A stretch of DNA of 63,880 nt, filler included, from Octopus bimaculoides (taxonomy: Eukaryota): NCBI RefSeq assembly GCF_001194135.2. It is 8 parts of 6 records of this genome, joined end to end, with 100 filler letters (N's around TTAATTAATTAA, not from the genome) between each part and the next. Parts side by side here need not be neighbours in the genome. Positions count along the whole stretch, not along the records: positions 24,107 to 26,733 come from NC_068986.1; positions 26,834 to 36,800 come from NC_068987.1; positions 36,901 to 39,753 come from NC_069007.1; 5 more parts are not named here. The stretch is one strand, 5' to 3'. A program made the translations under genes and the position numbers. Below are positions 26,200-38,509 of the stretch, in pieces. The notes below the pieces were generated by a model. It did no database searches and was not told the DNA's origin. It worked only from the letters and a program-made list of their open reading frames with translations. Each line of letters opens with the position of its first letter. Positions within the stretch are counted from its first letter, which is position 1.

Positions 26200-26650
26200 T
26201 TTCTTCCTTGGCTATCGCCGAGCAAACACGCGAACTTACTTCGTCCCGCTTCCAGTTCGTTGCTTCTCACAGCGTTCAATATACACAATTTTTCACTTCT
26301 AGCCGTATAGCCTTTTCCGTTTGTTTTCCTGTCTTGTTTTCTTTTCCGTTTGTTTTCCTGTCTTGTTTTCTGTCCGCCACTACATTCCTCCATGGTACAA
26401 GTTTAATTTGTGTATACAAATTTAATTTGTGGTCCGTGGGAAGAGCCATTTTAACAATGTGTCCTGCCCTACTCTTCGAAACGCCTGTGTTAGAATGGGG
26501 GTAGCTGATGAAGGAAAATGTTCTCTATGTGGCCTATGTGTGTTCTGTACTCTGGTTATTATTATTTTTGTGTCTACGTTTTGTTTGCAATGTCCTGTAT
26601 CCATATATGCACTGATATATACAGGTAGACGTAGGTATGCACATACCTGT
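26200..26650 (+). repeat. Solo or diverged Penelope pLTR containing the permuted hammerhead motif (26459-26515)
   Basis: gtGTCctgccctactcttcGAAAcgcctgtgttagaatgggggtagCTGATGAagga; flanks share tcacagcgttca, ttttcctgtcttg and gtcctgta with 20965-21495. Confidence 0.7.
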
Positions 26651-26833
26651 ACGTATATATGCATATACTCATTTATTATTTGTTTTATATATATATATAT
26701 ATATGTGTGTGTGTATGCCTATGCGTATGCATANNNNNNNNNNNNNNNNNNNNNNNNNNNNNNNNNNNNNNNNNNNNTTAATTAATTAANNNNNNNNNNN
26801 NNNNNNNNNNNNNNNNNNNNNNNNNNNNNNNNN

Positions 26834-27130
26834 TGGATGATTGCTGGATTTACTGATATATTTTAGGTTAGTGGAGGGTTTGTGATACGGGAAAAATGTT
26901 TTAGTGTGTAGATCTAAAGTGACGTCCAAGAAGTTAGCTATAGATGTTTCATCTTCAAAGACTATACCAAAGCCCATTCTGCTAAAATAACCTAGCTAAT
27001 TTATTTTTAACTTTTTGTATTTTTTGATTTGTGGTGTTCTCTAAGTATAATAGACAATCGTCTCTGTATAGACCACCCTTAACATTTGAGAATTGGTCTT
27101 CTAATTCTATACGAATTCGCCATATTTTCC
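26834..27130 (-). mobile_element. Penelope-like RT fragment (second family)
   Basis: GGLYRDDCLLYL, NFLDVTLDL..TFFPYHKP..LKYISKSSNHP. Confidence 0.85.
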
Positions 27131-27299
27131 GTTTTGCTTTTGTTGGTCTTGCCGCTGTTGTTGGTGTTGTTTCTACTGTTCTTGATGGTTTTTTTGTCGA
27201 TATTGTTGTTATTGTTGTTGCTGTTGTATTTTTGTTGTTTTTATTGGCGACATGTTCCCTCTCATTGCTGTGCTTCACCATATCACAACAGCGGTGTGT

Positions 27300-27530
27300 T
27301 GTCAAGAGTTAACAACTGCATAATATGGAAAAATGGAGACCACCTCCTCCTGTGGGGGTTAAAACAATAAACAGAGAACACTAGTGGAAAATAGGAAAAC
27401 TAAAAGAAGCAGCACATATGCTAGGACACAACAACCTCCTAAGCAGACCGAGTACAGATATGAGCAGCATATGGGAAGCGGTATTAAGGAAGATAGAAAA
27501 ATATTAGAAGCCCTAAAATTCACTCCATAA
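27300..27530 (+). mobile_element. Penelope GIY-YIG C-terminal fragment
   Basis: WKNGDH..., REH*WKIGKLKEAAHMLGHNNLLSRPSTDMSSIWEAVL resembles the PLE endonuclease end. Confidence 0.6.
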
Positions 27531-27540
27531 TTGCCCACGG

Positions 27541-27615
27541 GCATATGGCGTAGTGGTTAAGAGCGCGGGCTACCAACCCCAAGATTCCGAGTTCGATTCC
27601 AAGCGGTGATCTGAA
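27541..27615 (+). mobile_element. tRNA-like SINE head, family C
   Basis: A-box tggcgtagtgg, B-box gagttcgattcc; no complete acceptor stem. Confidence 0.7.
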
Positions 27616-27794
27616 CAACAATATCGAAACATATCTTAGGAATGATAACCCAGGTTCGAAATTTCCCCAAGACACGTTGTGTTAACAACAAACAAGATGA
27701 GGACAAATATCCGTCAAATGTAATTCCCCATCTCTTAAATATAGAACTGTATTAACAATCACAAAAATATGAAAAAATAAGAACAGCAGCAACA

Positions 27795-27978
27795 AAAGGG
27801 CCTCAAATTTGTGGGAAGGAATTAAGTCGATTACATCGACCCCAGTGCGTAACTAGTATTAATTTTATCGACCCGGAAAGGATGAAAAGTAAAGTCGACC
27901 TCGGCGGTATTTGAACTCAGAACGTAACAGCAGACGAAATAGTGCTAACGATGCTAACGATTCTGCCAGCTTGCCACC
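27795..27978 (-). mobile_element. SINE family A
   Basis: Reverse complement matches the family A head and body. Confidence 0.85.
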
Positions 27979-27999
27979 ATGATGATGATGATGATGATG

Positions 28000-28094
<95 letters not shown>

Positions 28095-28097
<3 letters not shown>

Positions 28098-28465
28098 GTA
28101 AATATAAGGACCTGGTAGTTGAAATACAAAAGATGCAGCATCTTAAAGCAAGAACTACTCTTGTTATGCCCTAGGTATGATAAGAAAGGGATGTCAGAAA
28201 CATCTAGATAATATCCCAGGAGAACCATGTCTCAGAGAAATCCAAAAGATTGTACTGACAAGTACTGACCACATCCTTAGAAAAACCCTATCAATTTAAA
28301 TGTATGCGTTGTATTACATAACGATATTTCGCTACTGCCCCTGCCACTTCCCCTTCCCAACCTTTCAATTTTACTGTATCATCTCTTGTCCTTCACTCGC
28401 TTAGGACGCTGGGGGTGTCTCGGTGAGTGATTATAACAAACATGCAGATTAAAAGTAAATAATTA
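28095..28465 (+). mobile_element. R4/Dong-like RLE retrotransposon 3' fragment
   Basis: KYKDLVVEIQKMQHLK...LGMIRKG...EIQKIVLTSTDHILRKTLSI*; begins immediately after (AAT)n. Confidence 0.8.
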
Positions 28466-28494
28466 TAGTAGTAGTAGTAGTAGTTGTAGTTGTA

Positions 28495-28560
28495 GTGATG
28501 ATGATCATTTCTTTTATTGGCCACAAGGGCCCAAGACATGGAGGACAGTATCGAAGGACG
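28495..28560 (-). mobile_element. L1/Tx1-like 3' tail
   Basis: Reverse complement gggcccttgtggccaataaaagaaat matches the tail at 14425-14447. Confidence 0.5.
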
Positions 28561-28699
28561 CGTTACAGCACAAAAATATTACAGAAACATTTGAGGTTAA
28601 CATCAGTCAAGGGGAGATACTACCATATTAAAGCATATAACAGAGGATATATAACAGATAGTAGAGAAAAGATAATAAATAAATAAATAGAATCCCCAA

Positions 28700-28987
28700 T
28701 AGCGAAGCAGTCCACTTAGGATAATCTGGGATTTGGTGAATGCTGTCTTGGGGTTTGGTGACAAGTTTCCTCAATCCAAAAGAAACTTTCTTGGGATTCT
28801 TGTGAAATGCAGAACGACACATTCCAGCAAAGCGATTGTGCGCGTCACAATTCGAATTTGTTTCAGCCTCTTGAGTTGCAGTTTACATGTAACAAGTGTA
28901 CCAATTACTACAGGAACAGTTACCACCCTTTTTTCCCACAATCTCTTCATCTCTCTGATACGGACCTGATATTTCTCAATTTCTTTG

Positions 28988-28990
<3 letters not shown>
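28700..28990 (-). mobile_element. R4-like RLE 3' fragment
   Basis: EKYQVRIREMKRLWEKRVVTVPVVIGTL. Confidence 0.7.
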
Positions 28991-29055
<65 letters not shown>

Positions 29056-32000
29056 TTATGTTTGACTTTTGCTTTGTATTTGTACAAGTTGATCCCAAGT
29101 CTCACCCAGAGACCTCAAGAGACAACAAGTTAGAAGTTCAAGCTGATGTTATGCCTCGGGTGCCATATATTTGGTTTTTGCACAAAGTATTCTTCTAGAG
29201 AATGTTTAAGAAAACATAAAATTATGAGTTTGTTTTAAAAGATTACATAGACAGTATTTTACGTAGGATATGGACAGTTTCCATGAGCACTATCTTTTGA
29301 ATTTCTGCCATTTTGGGGTTTCTTGACATCTAAGCTAGGTAGCAATCAGCCCCTTTTGTTATCATTCGTAGGGTACCTATGACAACAGGTATTGTTTTAG
29401 TCTTCAGGTTCCACATTTCGCCAATTTCTATTTCAAGATCTTTATACTTGCTCAGTTTTTGGTAGGTCTTGACAGATACATTTATGTCGATTGGGACAGT
29501 CATATCAATCAGGAGGCATGTTTTTTGTCTGAAGTCTTTCAATATAATGTCTGGCCTATTTGCATCTATCTTTTTGTCAGTTTGAACGGTAAAGTTCCAT
29601 AAGAGTGAGATATGGTCATTTTCAAAACCTGGAGATGGTTAGTGTTCCCACCAGCTTTTATCATGGGCCAGGTCCAAGTTTTTGCAAATGACCCACTGAA
29701 TATAATGTGCTGCACTATCATGCCTGTTGAGATACTCTGTAGGCACCTGAAGACTGCACATGGAGAGAACAAGATCAATGGTTTCATTTTGTTGTTTACA
29801 TGCACATGTTGGGATACTGCCGTTCTATAATGTTGGCCTGGTAGCTCCTTGGAGGTAAGTATTGATTTTGGGCTGCTATGATATATCCTTATGTTTCTGA
29901 TTTTAAACCAGAAGACACTAACTATTGATGGATAAAGGCTTTGTCAACATCGGCATTATTAGCTCTCTTTGGGTATTTGCCATTGAGAGGTTTTTCTAGT
30001 CATTTATCAGTAAGAATATCTAACGCAGCAGTTTTAGCACGGGTTCTCTTACGCTTCGCTTTTTCTGTGCTTGTTTCTAGCAGTCTGATTCTGGGATTTG
30101 TTGTATTCGGAATTCACTTAGATATTACTTTGCCTGTTTTGTTACTGAGTATGATGTTTTCTTGTTTTCATGCTTTAAGAAAAGTTTTAACATCTAGTCC
30201 TCAGAGTTTTTCAAGGTGTTTAGGCCTTGAGGCAATCTTCATTGTTAATTCCAGTTGTAAAAGTCCACGGCTACCCTCTTTCCTTGACAGGTGAATTCGT
30301 TCTATAACTATCTTAGGGTGGTGCATTCTAAGCATTATCAACAATGTTCGTATTTTTCTGTCAAGATTACATATTTCAGTAATTGACCAGTTAATGATAT
30401 TGAAATTGTAAATCATGACTGGTATGGCTAAAGTATTGATCGCTTTGATCCTGTTCCTTGCATTCAGCTCTGTCTTGAATATTGCCCTTACCCTGCAATA
30501 ACATTCTGTTCTGATCCTTTCCCTCATCATGGAATATTTGGTTCTATTACCTTCAAAGACCCCTAGGTATTTGTAGCTCTCCGCTGGTTCTAACTCTTCT
30601 ATGTCATTCTGTTGGTTAAGATTAACGTTGGACGTTTCTATCATTTTTCCTCAAATTTATTGAGGCCAAATTGCATCCTGATGTCATCACTGAATTGTTT
30701 AACAATTGCTAGTAAGTCCTGTAATTGTTGGTCATTTTTTGCAAAGATCTTTAAATCATCCATGTAAAAGAGATGATTTATATTTTTATCAAACATTTTA
30801 TAGTCATATTGTACATCATCGAGCAATTCCGAGAGAAGTATTAAGGCTAGACAAAAGAGGAGTGGTAATAGAGAGTTACCCTGGAAAATGCCACATGAAA
30901 TTCTTACATCTCCAGCATTGACAGATTCATTGTCACTGTTCAAAGTCAGTGTGGTTCTTCATGATCTCATGCTTACAGACAAGAGGTTTTGTAGAGTAGG
31001 TGCTATTTTATACAGTTCCAGACATTTCTTAAACCAGCTATGTGGTAGACTACCAAAAGCTTTTTTATAGACTATCCAGGCCATTGACAAGTCTTTGTGT
31101 CGTTTGTGACAATCTTCCAACATCATCTTATTGATGAGTAGCTGTTCTTTACAACCATAAGACCCACGTTTACATCTTTTTTGCTCATTAGGGAATATGC
31201 CACTTTCTCTTTAAAAACTATAGGTATATTCAGTCAAGACAGATGTTAGTATTTTATACATTGTTGTTAAGCAGGTTATGGGTCTATAAATTTTTAGCTC
31301 ATTTGTTTCTTCATTTTTTGGAATTAAGAATGTAACACCATTAATTTGCCAAGAGGGAATCATACTAGGTTGTTGCAAAACATTGTTGTAAAGTTTTGAT
31401 AGCAGTTTATGACACTATGGGAAGGCATTCAACCAGAGGTTAGGAATTTTATCCTTTCCTGGAGACTTCCATTTGCTTGATTTCCTAAGAGCAGATCTTA
31501 CATCCTCTACTTTGATATCCTCCCACTTTTGCTCTTCTAAGGAATCTAAGTCAGTAGATATTTTATCAATCCAAGGGACCTTTTTATTGTGCGTTTTACT
31601 TCTGCCTAAATTTTATTCCAAAATTCCTGCACTTCTTTTGATGAGACATACTTTACTGCAATTGGCATTTTTCCTATCTTCTTTTGGGGCTATTTTTTAA
31701 CATGTTGTTGTCCTTGAAGAATCTAACGCGCTTTTCATACCTTGCTATGCGGGCAGCTTTAGCACATATCATTTGCTTGATAGTTCCTATAGTGGTATCG
31801 ATGTAAAGTATAGTTTTCATATTATACTTTTTCTTTAATTTTCGAATTTTTGTTGGTTTGATAATCTTGTCAAACTTAAGGTCTTTTAAACATTCTATGT
31901 CAGACCTATGTAACTGAATTTGGTGTTGAACAGGCACTTGCCAAGTAGGCTTTTTGTGGGAATGTTGTCGTTTTCTAATCTTTTTACCTCATAGAATCGT

Positions 32001-32900
32001 TGAAATCTTCGCGGATGCATAGTACAGGTGGTTGAGATCTGTAATATCAACATCATTAGCTGAAATTATATCCTTAAGTGCAAGGCGGATTTTACCAATC
32101 ACTTTCAGGCTTTGGTTAGAGCAGCGAATATTTAGGAGAGTGTCACGTTCATTCATATTTTTTCTTTAATTTTCAGCCATTCAATCATGATTTGATTTTT
32201 TAGATCATCTAATTCAGTTGAGTCAATTTCTGTGTGACTTTCTTCCTCTGTATGATCTTCATCTGCCTTGGTGTTTATGGTTAGTTCAGAGAGTATTTCA
32301 CTTTCCTTATCAGTTACATGGACTCTTTCTATCATTACTGCATTTTTGTCAGACCTGGGCTGGTCTGTAATTATTTTCTCAATAGTATCTTCTTTAGCTG
32401 CAACTTCGTTTCTTTTTCCCCTTACTGATTGTTTAATTTGGTCAATCACTTATTCAGTTAGTAATTTCTTTTTTATAATGTTTCTTCTGGCGTTGTAACT
32501 TCTATGTAGGATCTTACTTCGAGGTTCTTTTGTCACCAGTTCAGGTAGGCTTGTTCAGTATTAGATTTATTTGTGGGAAAATATATGGCATGATAGAAGG
32601 CCGTAAGCACTTCTTTATTATCTCCCCTATTTTCATTATTTTTCTCTTGGTTATTTGATGATGAATGTGAATGTCCATCTGTTGGAATATTCCGGTTGTG
32701 GGGTACTTCCAGCTCCTGTGTTTCTTGAAGATTTGAACCAGTAACTGATTTTTCGTACTCAGTCTGGTTCCTCACTGGGAGACGCGGCCCTTGTTGACCC
32801 CGCTGATGGCCGATCTGGTGTGTATTTTGCTTTATCATTGAAGCACGACGAGCTTAGACGCTGACATTAGGAGATGGATCTGTGTGTTTAGGGTTAAGTT
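29056..32900 (-). mobile_element. R4/Dong-clade non-LTR retrotransposon (single ORF, RT + RLE), near full length, decayed
   Basis: N-terminus VLTAFYHAIYF..., IKQMICAKAARIARY, WKSPGKDKIPNLWL, YRPITCL, GIFQGNSLLPLLFCLAL, NHLFYMDDLK, YKYLGVFE, MHHPKIVIERIHLSRKEGSRG, RLE RPDIILKD...CLLIDMTVP...KLSKYKDL; 3' UTR ends in (TAA)n. Confidence 0.92.
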
Positions 32901-33539
32901 TTTGAGACAATACCGCCTCCGAGTTCTCTGAATGAAAACATTGCTCGTAACGTAGCTTCTTAAGGCTAATAGCTTTGTATTCGTCTGTATTTTTGTTGAC
33001 AGATTTATCACCGGGCATCGTTTTTTCTTTGTGGTGTTTTTAAAGTTATGAATTGTTCACTCCGTCTATGTTATTTCGAAAAATAGAAAAATTGTGTTGT
33101 CATTTTTTTTGCTTCGTTTGTAACACGTAATTTCATATGTATCCATGTGTATCCTGTAAATTTAATGTAGTTGTGTAAACATTGGGATGTATGTATAGTC
33201 CTAGGGGCATTAAAATGTATATATGATTGTAGAGACATTCATTCGAGTGTATGAGTAATTAATCAATTTATGTACTTACTGTTTTGTTCCACTTATAATT
33301 TCTAATTTGTAAACTTTCCGATGTTGATTTCGCATGTGTCTTTCGCACATGTTTCACTGAGACATCGTGCATGGGAGAAACTGTTCTTTGTATGGCAATG
33401 AAATTTCGTTTTTGCGATTATTTTCGTTAAAAGGCCGCTTCCTTCAAGTCTTCCACATGTTCCTTTATCCCATTCTACCGATGTTATTAGATTAGATTTG
33501 CTTTTGCATGGGGAGCTCTGAGTAGCATATGCATGTTCT

Positions 33540-33618
33540 TCTTCTTCTTCTTCTTCTTCTTCTTCTTCTTCTTCTTCTTCTTCTTCTTCTTCTTCTTCTT
33601 CTTCTTCTTCTTCTTCCT

Positions 33619-33657
<39 letters not shown>
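33540..33657. repeat. (CTT)n-(ATT)n microsatellite
   Basis: Directly visible. Confidence 0.95.
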
Positions 33658-34129
33658 GAAGGGGACTCACTCATACCATTTTTTATAGTCTCACATATTT
33701 CACCGACATATTAAGGAGGCGGACCAAACTAGGACATCATCAATTCTATGGTAATTTTTTTTCTAACTGGATGAATAAATTAAGCTGTAGGTGTTAAGCA
33801 ACTAGAAACACTACTGCTGACAGTACATAGATTTTTCAGAGTAATTGATTACAGATTCTAAATAGAAATATGCATGAAAGTAAACTTGAAAAGAGGAAAA
33901 TTAATTATTAATGCTAATATGATGCTGGAAAAAGAAATTGAGATAAGAGAATTACAATATGCAGAGACGAATACTTAGGAAACATGAAACTAGGCAATAT
34001 TCAAGTCACTCAAATGATAGAAAGATTAGGAAGAAATATCATAGACACATTAGATTAATGCCTACGAAAACTAAAATACAAAGTAATAAGTGTCAATACT
34101 GTATTAGTAGTAATTGTAGTTATGATATT

Positions 34130-35190
34130 TCCAGTTTAAATAATTATAGTTATAATATTCTCTGATGGAACTCAGCTGGGAAGTAGAAAAATAATGATTA
34201 CACTACCCCAAGTTTGACAGTGTAAAATTATATTTACGATGAATAAGATAGATAAGAGCATTATGCTATTAGAAAATTGTTATAAAATATCTACTGTAGG
34301 TCTGTAAGCATATTGAGTTAAGTATAATGGAAGACTAATATATAAGTAACTATAAAACTGAACAAAAAAGCTATTTCCTGCCATCAAGAAAGTAAAAATA
34401 GAATACGGAGGCTGAAATTACAAAGAGTTATCAAGAAAAAAAACGTGACAAATCGACAGAGATTATGAAAAAAAAATCAAAGCTGAAATTCGGGCTGCAG
34501 AGTTCCTTGATAATGCGATGCCAAGGAAAGTTCTCGCATCTAAAAAATATGAATTAGCCAAAAGTAGAGTAGAAGAAGTTGTTACTAATGAGAAATACCG
34601 AACTGAAGAGTTCTAGCTTTCAGAATAGGATTAAAGCCATTTTAATAAAAACCACAAAGGGCATGTAATGAAACAACCTACATTAATTGCAAAAAATATG
34701 TGTGAGAAAGAAATAGTTGACCACATTGTCTCTGGTTCCCAGTTTTAGTCTAAAGGATACTTGTACAGTATAACAGAGATGGGGCTTGCATACACTGGAC
34801 ATTATGCTGGCATTATAAAATAGAAACGGGAAACGGGTAGAAAAGATATATACCAAAGAAAAAAGTTTCAGAGAATGACAACGGGACCATACTCTGTGAT
34901 ATTCCAATAAACACAGATAGGGATATCATGGATAATTGGTCAGATATTGTTGTCGAGGATATCTATGAAAGGAAGAGCCTCTTCCTTCCCAAAAGATGAC
35001 GATATATCTCTCAATGAAGTGGAAAAGTTTTGGAATATAAGATCGTGAAATAGAGATAGCCCGAACGTTGGCGCTGAAAACGGAAACTATACCAAAGCTA
35101 CAGGTGTCTTTGGAATGATTTAAACATATACAGATAAAGCTTGATAATACTAAAACTCTAGAGATGTTTGTCTGTACCAGAAATATCTCA
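34130..35190 (+). mobile_element. Highly decayed R4-like 3' half
   Basis: LENCYKISTVGL, EIVDHIVSG, ENDNGTILCDIPINTDRDIMDNWSDIVV, EIEIART..LKTETIP. Confidence 0.65.
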
Positions 35191-35282
35191 GAAATAGTAT
35201 ATTTTATCTTTTATTTCTTTTTTTTTTTTGCATATTTATTTTTATACTTACCCTCGGCAGTGCAGTACAAATTTTTGTGACA

Positions 35283-36150
35283 TTTGGACCACTATTTATT
35301 AATGAAAACGAGTAAACACAATTTTTTTTTATTTTGTTATTTCTTGATAAAAAAATATGGTTTCTGTGACGTCAACACACGTACACACATACTGAATATA
35401 CACACATATAATGAATGTCATGTCGCGTCAATCAGCACAAACACACGTCCCCTATCTGTGACATATACACACTTATAGTCTTCGCGCTCTCTAAGAAAAA
35501 AGTCGACTTTTTGACGTACACAATATTTTAATCATTTAGAAATATTTTAAACTGAATATGATTTCAAAAATGTAAGTTGTTTCTAAAGTAAGTATTCATA
35601 TTTTAGCTTTCTTCACGTAGACAATATTTTAGTGTTGTTTTTAAATATTTATTTACTTTTGTTTTAAAGTGAAAGAGAGGAGAAAGTGAAAGAGAGGAGA
35701 AAGTGAAAGAGAGGAGAAAGTGAAAGAGAGGAGAAAGTGAAAGAGAGGAGAAAGTGAAAGAGAGGAGAAAGTGAAAGGTGTCTGTACGTGCATACGAAAT
35801 GGACGTGTGTGTGTGAAAGAAAGAGAGAGAGAGGAAGAAATAGAGAGAGAAAGAGAAGAGTGAGTGAAGAGATGTACTGCCATGTATACGTACATGCATC
35901 AATACATATGCGTACATCTTTTTTGTATGTTCGTGTGCATGTGTGTGTGAGAGAGAGAGAGAGAGTGAACGTGCGTGTTCTCATGTATGTGTAAGTAGCA
36001 CTCTCTCTCTCTCACACACACACACACGTCCATTTCATATACACGTTCATACATCTTTCACTTTCTCCTCTCTTTAACTTTAAAACAAAAGTAAATAAAT
36101 AAAAAAATTTTTACGGAAATTAAAAAATAAAACCAGCTGATCCGGATGAC
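35283..36150 (-). repeat. Inverted copy of the 19265-19885 repeat, with a 17-bp tandem (aaagtgaaagagaggag) x5 and a re-inverted terminal segment
   Basis: Direct comparison; 35645-35810 is complementary to 36000-36105. Confidence 0.75.
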
Positions 36151-36256
36151 AGTTCCGAAAGTCAGAGCGACAGTTCTGAGAGTCAAAGCGAAAGATCACC
36201 CCAAGGGAATACCATTACATAATTTTTTTCGAGTGCATTCAACGTATCTCAGCTCC

Positions 36257-36375
36257 AAAGATTTGGCTGCTATTTCTAGCACGCACTGCTACTACGTAAC
36301 AGCTATTTCCGATACAGGACCCGAAATATCTGTTACGTAGTAGCATGGCGTGCAAGAAATAGCAGCCAAATCTTT
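36257..36375. repeat. Hairpin with 53-bp arms and 13-nt loop
   Basis: aaagatttggctgctatttctagcacgcactgctactacgtaacagctatttc pairs with gaaatatctgttacgtagtagcatggcgtgcaagaaatagcagccaaatcttt. Confidence 0.85.
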
Positions 36376-36768
36376 ACTTTTCCCGGGAAAGGAGCCGTTT
36401 ACGCATGATTTCGATGTCACATTCGTTGAAAGCATGTGAAATAACCTGGAGAAGAAAAAAAACATGAAACAAAACTCCGTTGCTGGGAAACTCATACTTT
36501 CCATGTGACCCAAACGGACGTGGGTGGTGTAGTGCATAACTAAGATCCAGGACATTTATGATTAACATACCATTACTACACACATATGTAGATGGTGTCC
36601 TCTACAAGGGAAACTAAGTACAGATTAGACTCTTTCAGTTCAATAGCAAATCTCCTGCAATACACTCTATGTAAACAGCACGTAAACACATACTTTATCA
36701 ATCACCATCCAACAACACAGTTCACACAACAATTACTGTAAGAAATCATATCAAATGCATTCTCACAC

Positions 36769-36800
<32 letters not shown>

Positions 36801-37118
36801 NNNNNNNNNNNNNNNNNNNNNNNNNNNNNNNNNNNNNNNNNNNNTTAATTAATTAANNNNNNNNNNNNNNNNNNNNNNNNNNNNNNNNNNNNNNNNNNNN
36901 ATGTTCTGGTATTTGCTGAATTTTTTCTAGAGAACATTATTTTCTTTGTAGTTAGACCGTGGATGATCTCTTTCTAGCATATCGGATGTCCGCTTAGTGG
37001 TCATCCCTTCTTATACGCATGTAATACAATTTTTCTGAATTTTCAGATATTTTTATATGCTAGGTTTTAAATTGATGTTAATTAAATTAATATTCAATTT
37101 ATCATCCTCAGTATATAA

Positions 37119-37151
<33 letters not shown>

Positions 37152-37189
37152 TACACACACACATATATATACACCGGCCCTCAAAAAAC

Positions 37190-37860
37190 CAAGCCAAAGA
37201 CAACAATAATCAATGCTTGCTGACAAGATGCCCTATCTGTGAGAGAGGTATGTGCCAGCAGACACATGTGGTATACCGGATTGAATGCAACAAATGTAAG
37301 GTGTTCTACTTTGGTAGCACAACTCGAACACTCCACACTCACATTAAAGAGCACCTCAACACACGTACAACCTCATTCAAAAAACACATTGACATCAACC
37401 AACATATTACCGGTATCTTTAAAGCCAGTGATAGAAATGTGAGCAACTTAAGAATTAAGGAAGCCTTGCTCATACATAGCCCCAACCTACAAATAAATAA
37501 TAGATTAGAACTCAGTAGACAGTACTTGCTACAAAAGACACACCCACAAGCACACAAACTAAACATCTCATGCGAAAAAGAAAATTGATTTCACAAAATT
37601 CTATATTAGCAATTGACATTATTCATGTGGAAAGCAAAATAACCATCAAAAATGCTTGAAAACGACTTAAGAAACAATTTAAATCAAAATCAAAATTTTA
37701 TCCCAAAGAGAGGACATTGGAACATTATGCAATGAAATTTCCTAAAACCTTGATGAAGGGACTTTTAGGTCCCAAAATACTGAACAGATAAAAAAAAACA
37801 GCAGCAACAACAATAAAAAAAATGAAACAAAGATTACCAGGTAACTTTCTTTTAATTTTC
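37190..37860 (+). mobile_element. Penelope-like GIY-YIG endonuclease 3' fragment plus pLTR
   Basis: CQQTHVVYRIECNKCKVFYFGSTTRTLHTHIKEH...LRIKEALLI; downstream decayed hammerhead-like core at 37749-37793. Confidence 0.85.
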
Positions 37861-37934
37861 GTTACCACATCTTACAGTTCATTTTGCATTGTTTAGCCTT
37901 CTATGTCATTCAACGTCACATATATATATATTTT

Positions 37935-38325
37935 TTCATTCTTTTATTCTTTTACTTGTTTCAGTCGTTTGACTGTGGCCATGCTGGAGCACCACCTTTT
38001 TAGTCGAGCAAAACTAGCCCAGGACTTATTCTTTGTAAGCCCAGTACTTATTCTATCGGACTCCTTTTGCTGAACTGCTAAATTACGGGGACATAAACAC
38101 ACCAGCATCGGTTGTCAAGCAATGCTGGAGGGACAAACATAGACACACACACACATACACATATATACATATATATGACGGCCTTCTTTCAGTTTCTGTC
38201 TACCAAATCCACTGACAAAGCTTTGGTCGGCCCGAGGCTATAGTAGAAGACACGCAGTGGGACTGAACCCGGAACCATGTGGTTGGTAAGCAAGCTACTT
38301 ACCACACAGTCACTCCTGTACCTAT
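37935..38325 (-). mobile_element. SINE family B, full length
   Basis: Reverse complement colinear with 18303-18690. Confidence 0.85.
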
Positions 38326-38339
38326 ATATATAAACAATG

Positions 38340-38490
38340 AACTTCTTTCAATTTCTGTCTACCAAGTTCACTCACAAGGATTTGATTGGCCCAAGGCTAT
38401 AGAAGAAGACACTTGCTATAAGTGCCACACAGTGGGACTGAACCAGGAATTATGTGACTGGGAAGCAAGCTTCTAACCACACAGCCATGT
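38340..38490 (-). mobile_element. SINE family B, head half
   Basis: gtgggactgaacc...cttctaaccacacagcca. Confidence 0.75.
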
Positions 38491-38509
38491 ATATATATTG
38501 TGGTCATCC

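Noticed and set aside
27541-27615. tRNA gene candidate
   Set aside because: A and B boxes are present but there is no full cloverleaf or acceptor stem; treated as a SINE head, as are the other tRNA-like heads.
27640-27760. Probable pLTR after the PLE endonuclease fragment, with near-palindromic gttgtgttaacaac
   Set aside because: No CUGANGA/GAAA core is present, so no ribozyme can be called.
35668-35775. Regularly spaced repeats resembling a CRISPR array (also 49655 and 59383)
   Set aside because: Contiguous tandem units without unique spacers, in eukaryotic DNA.
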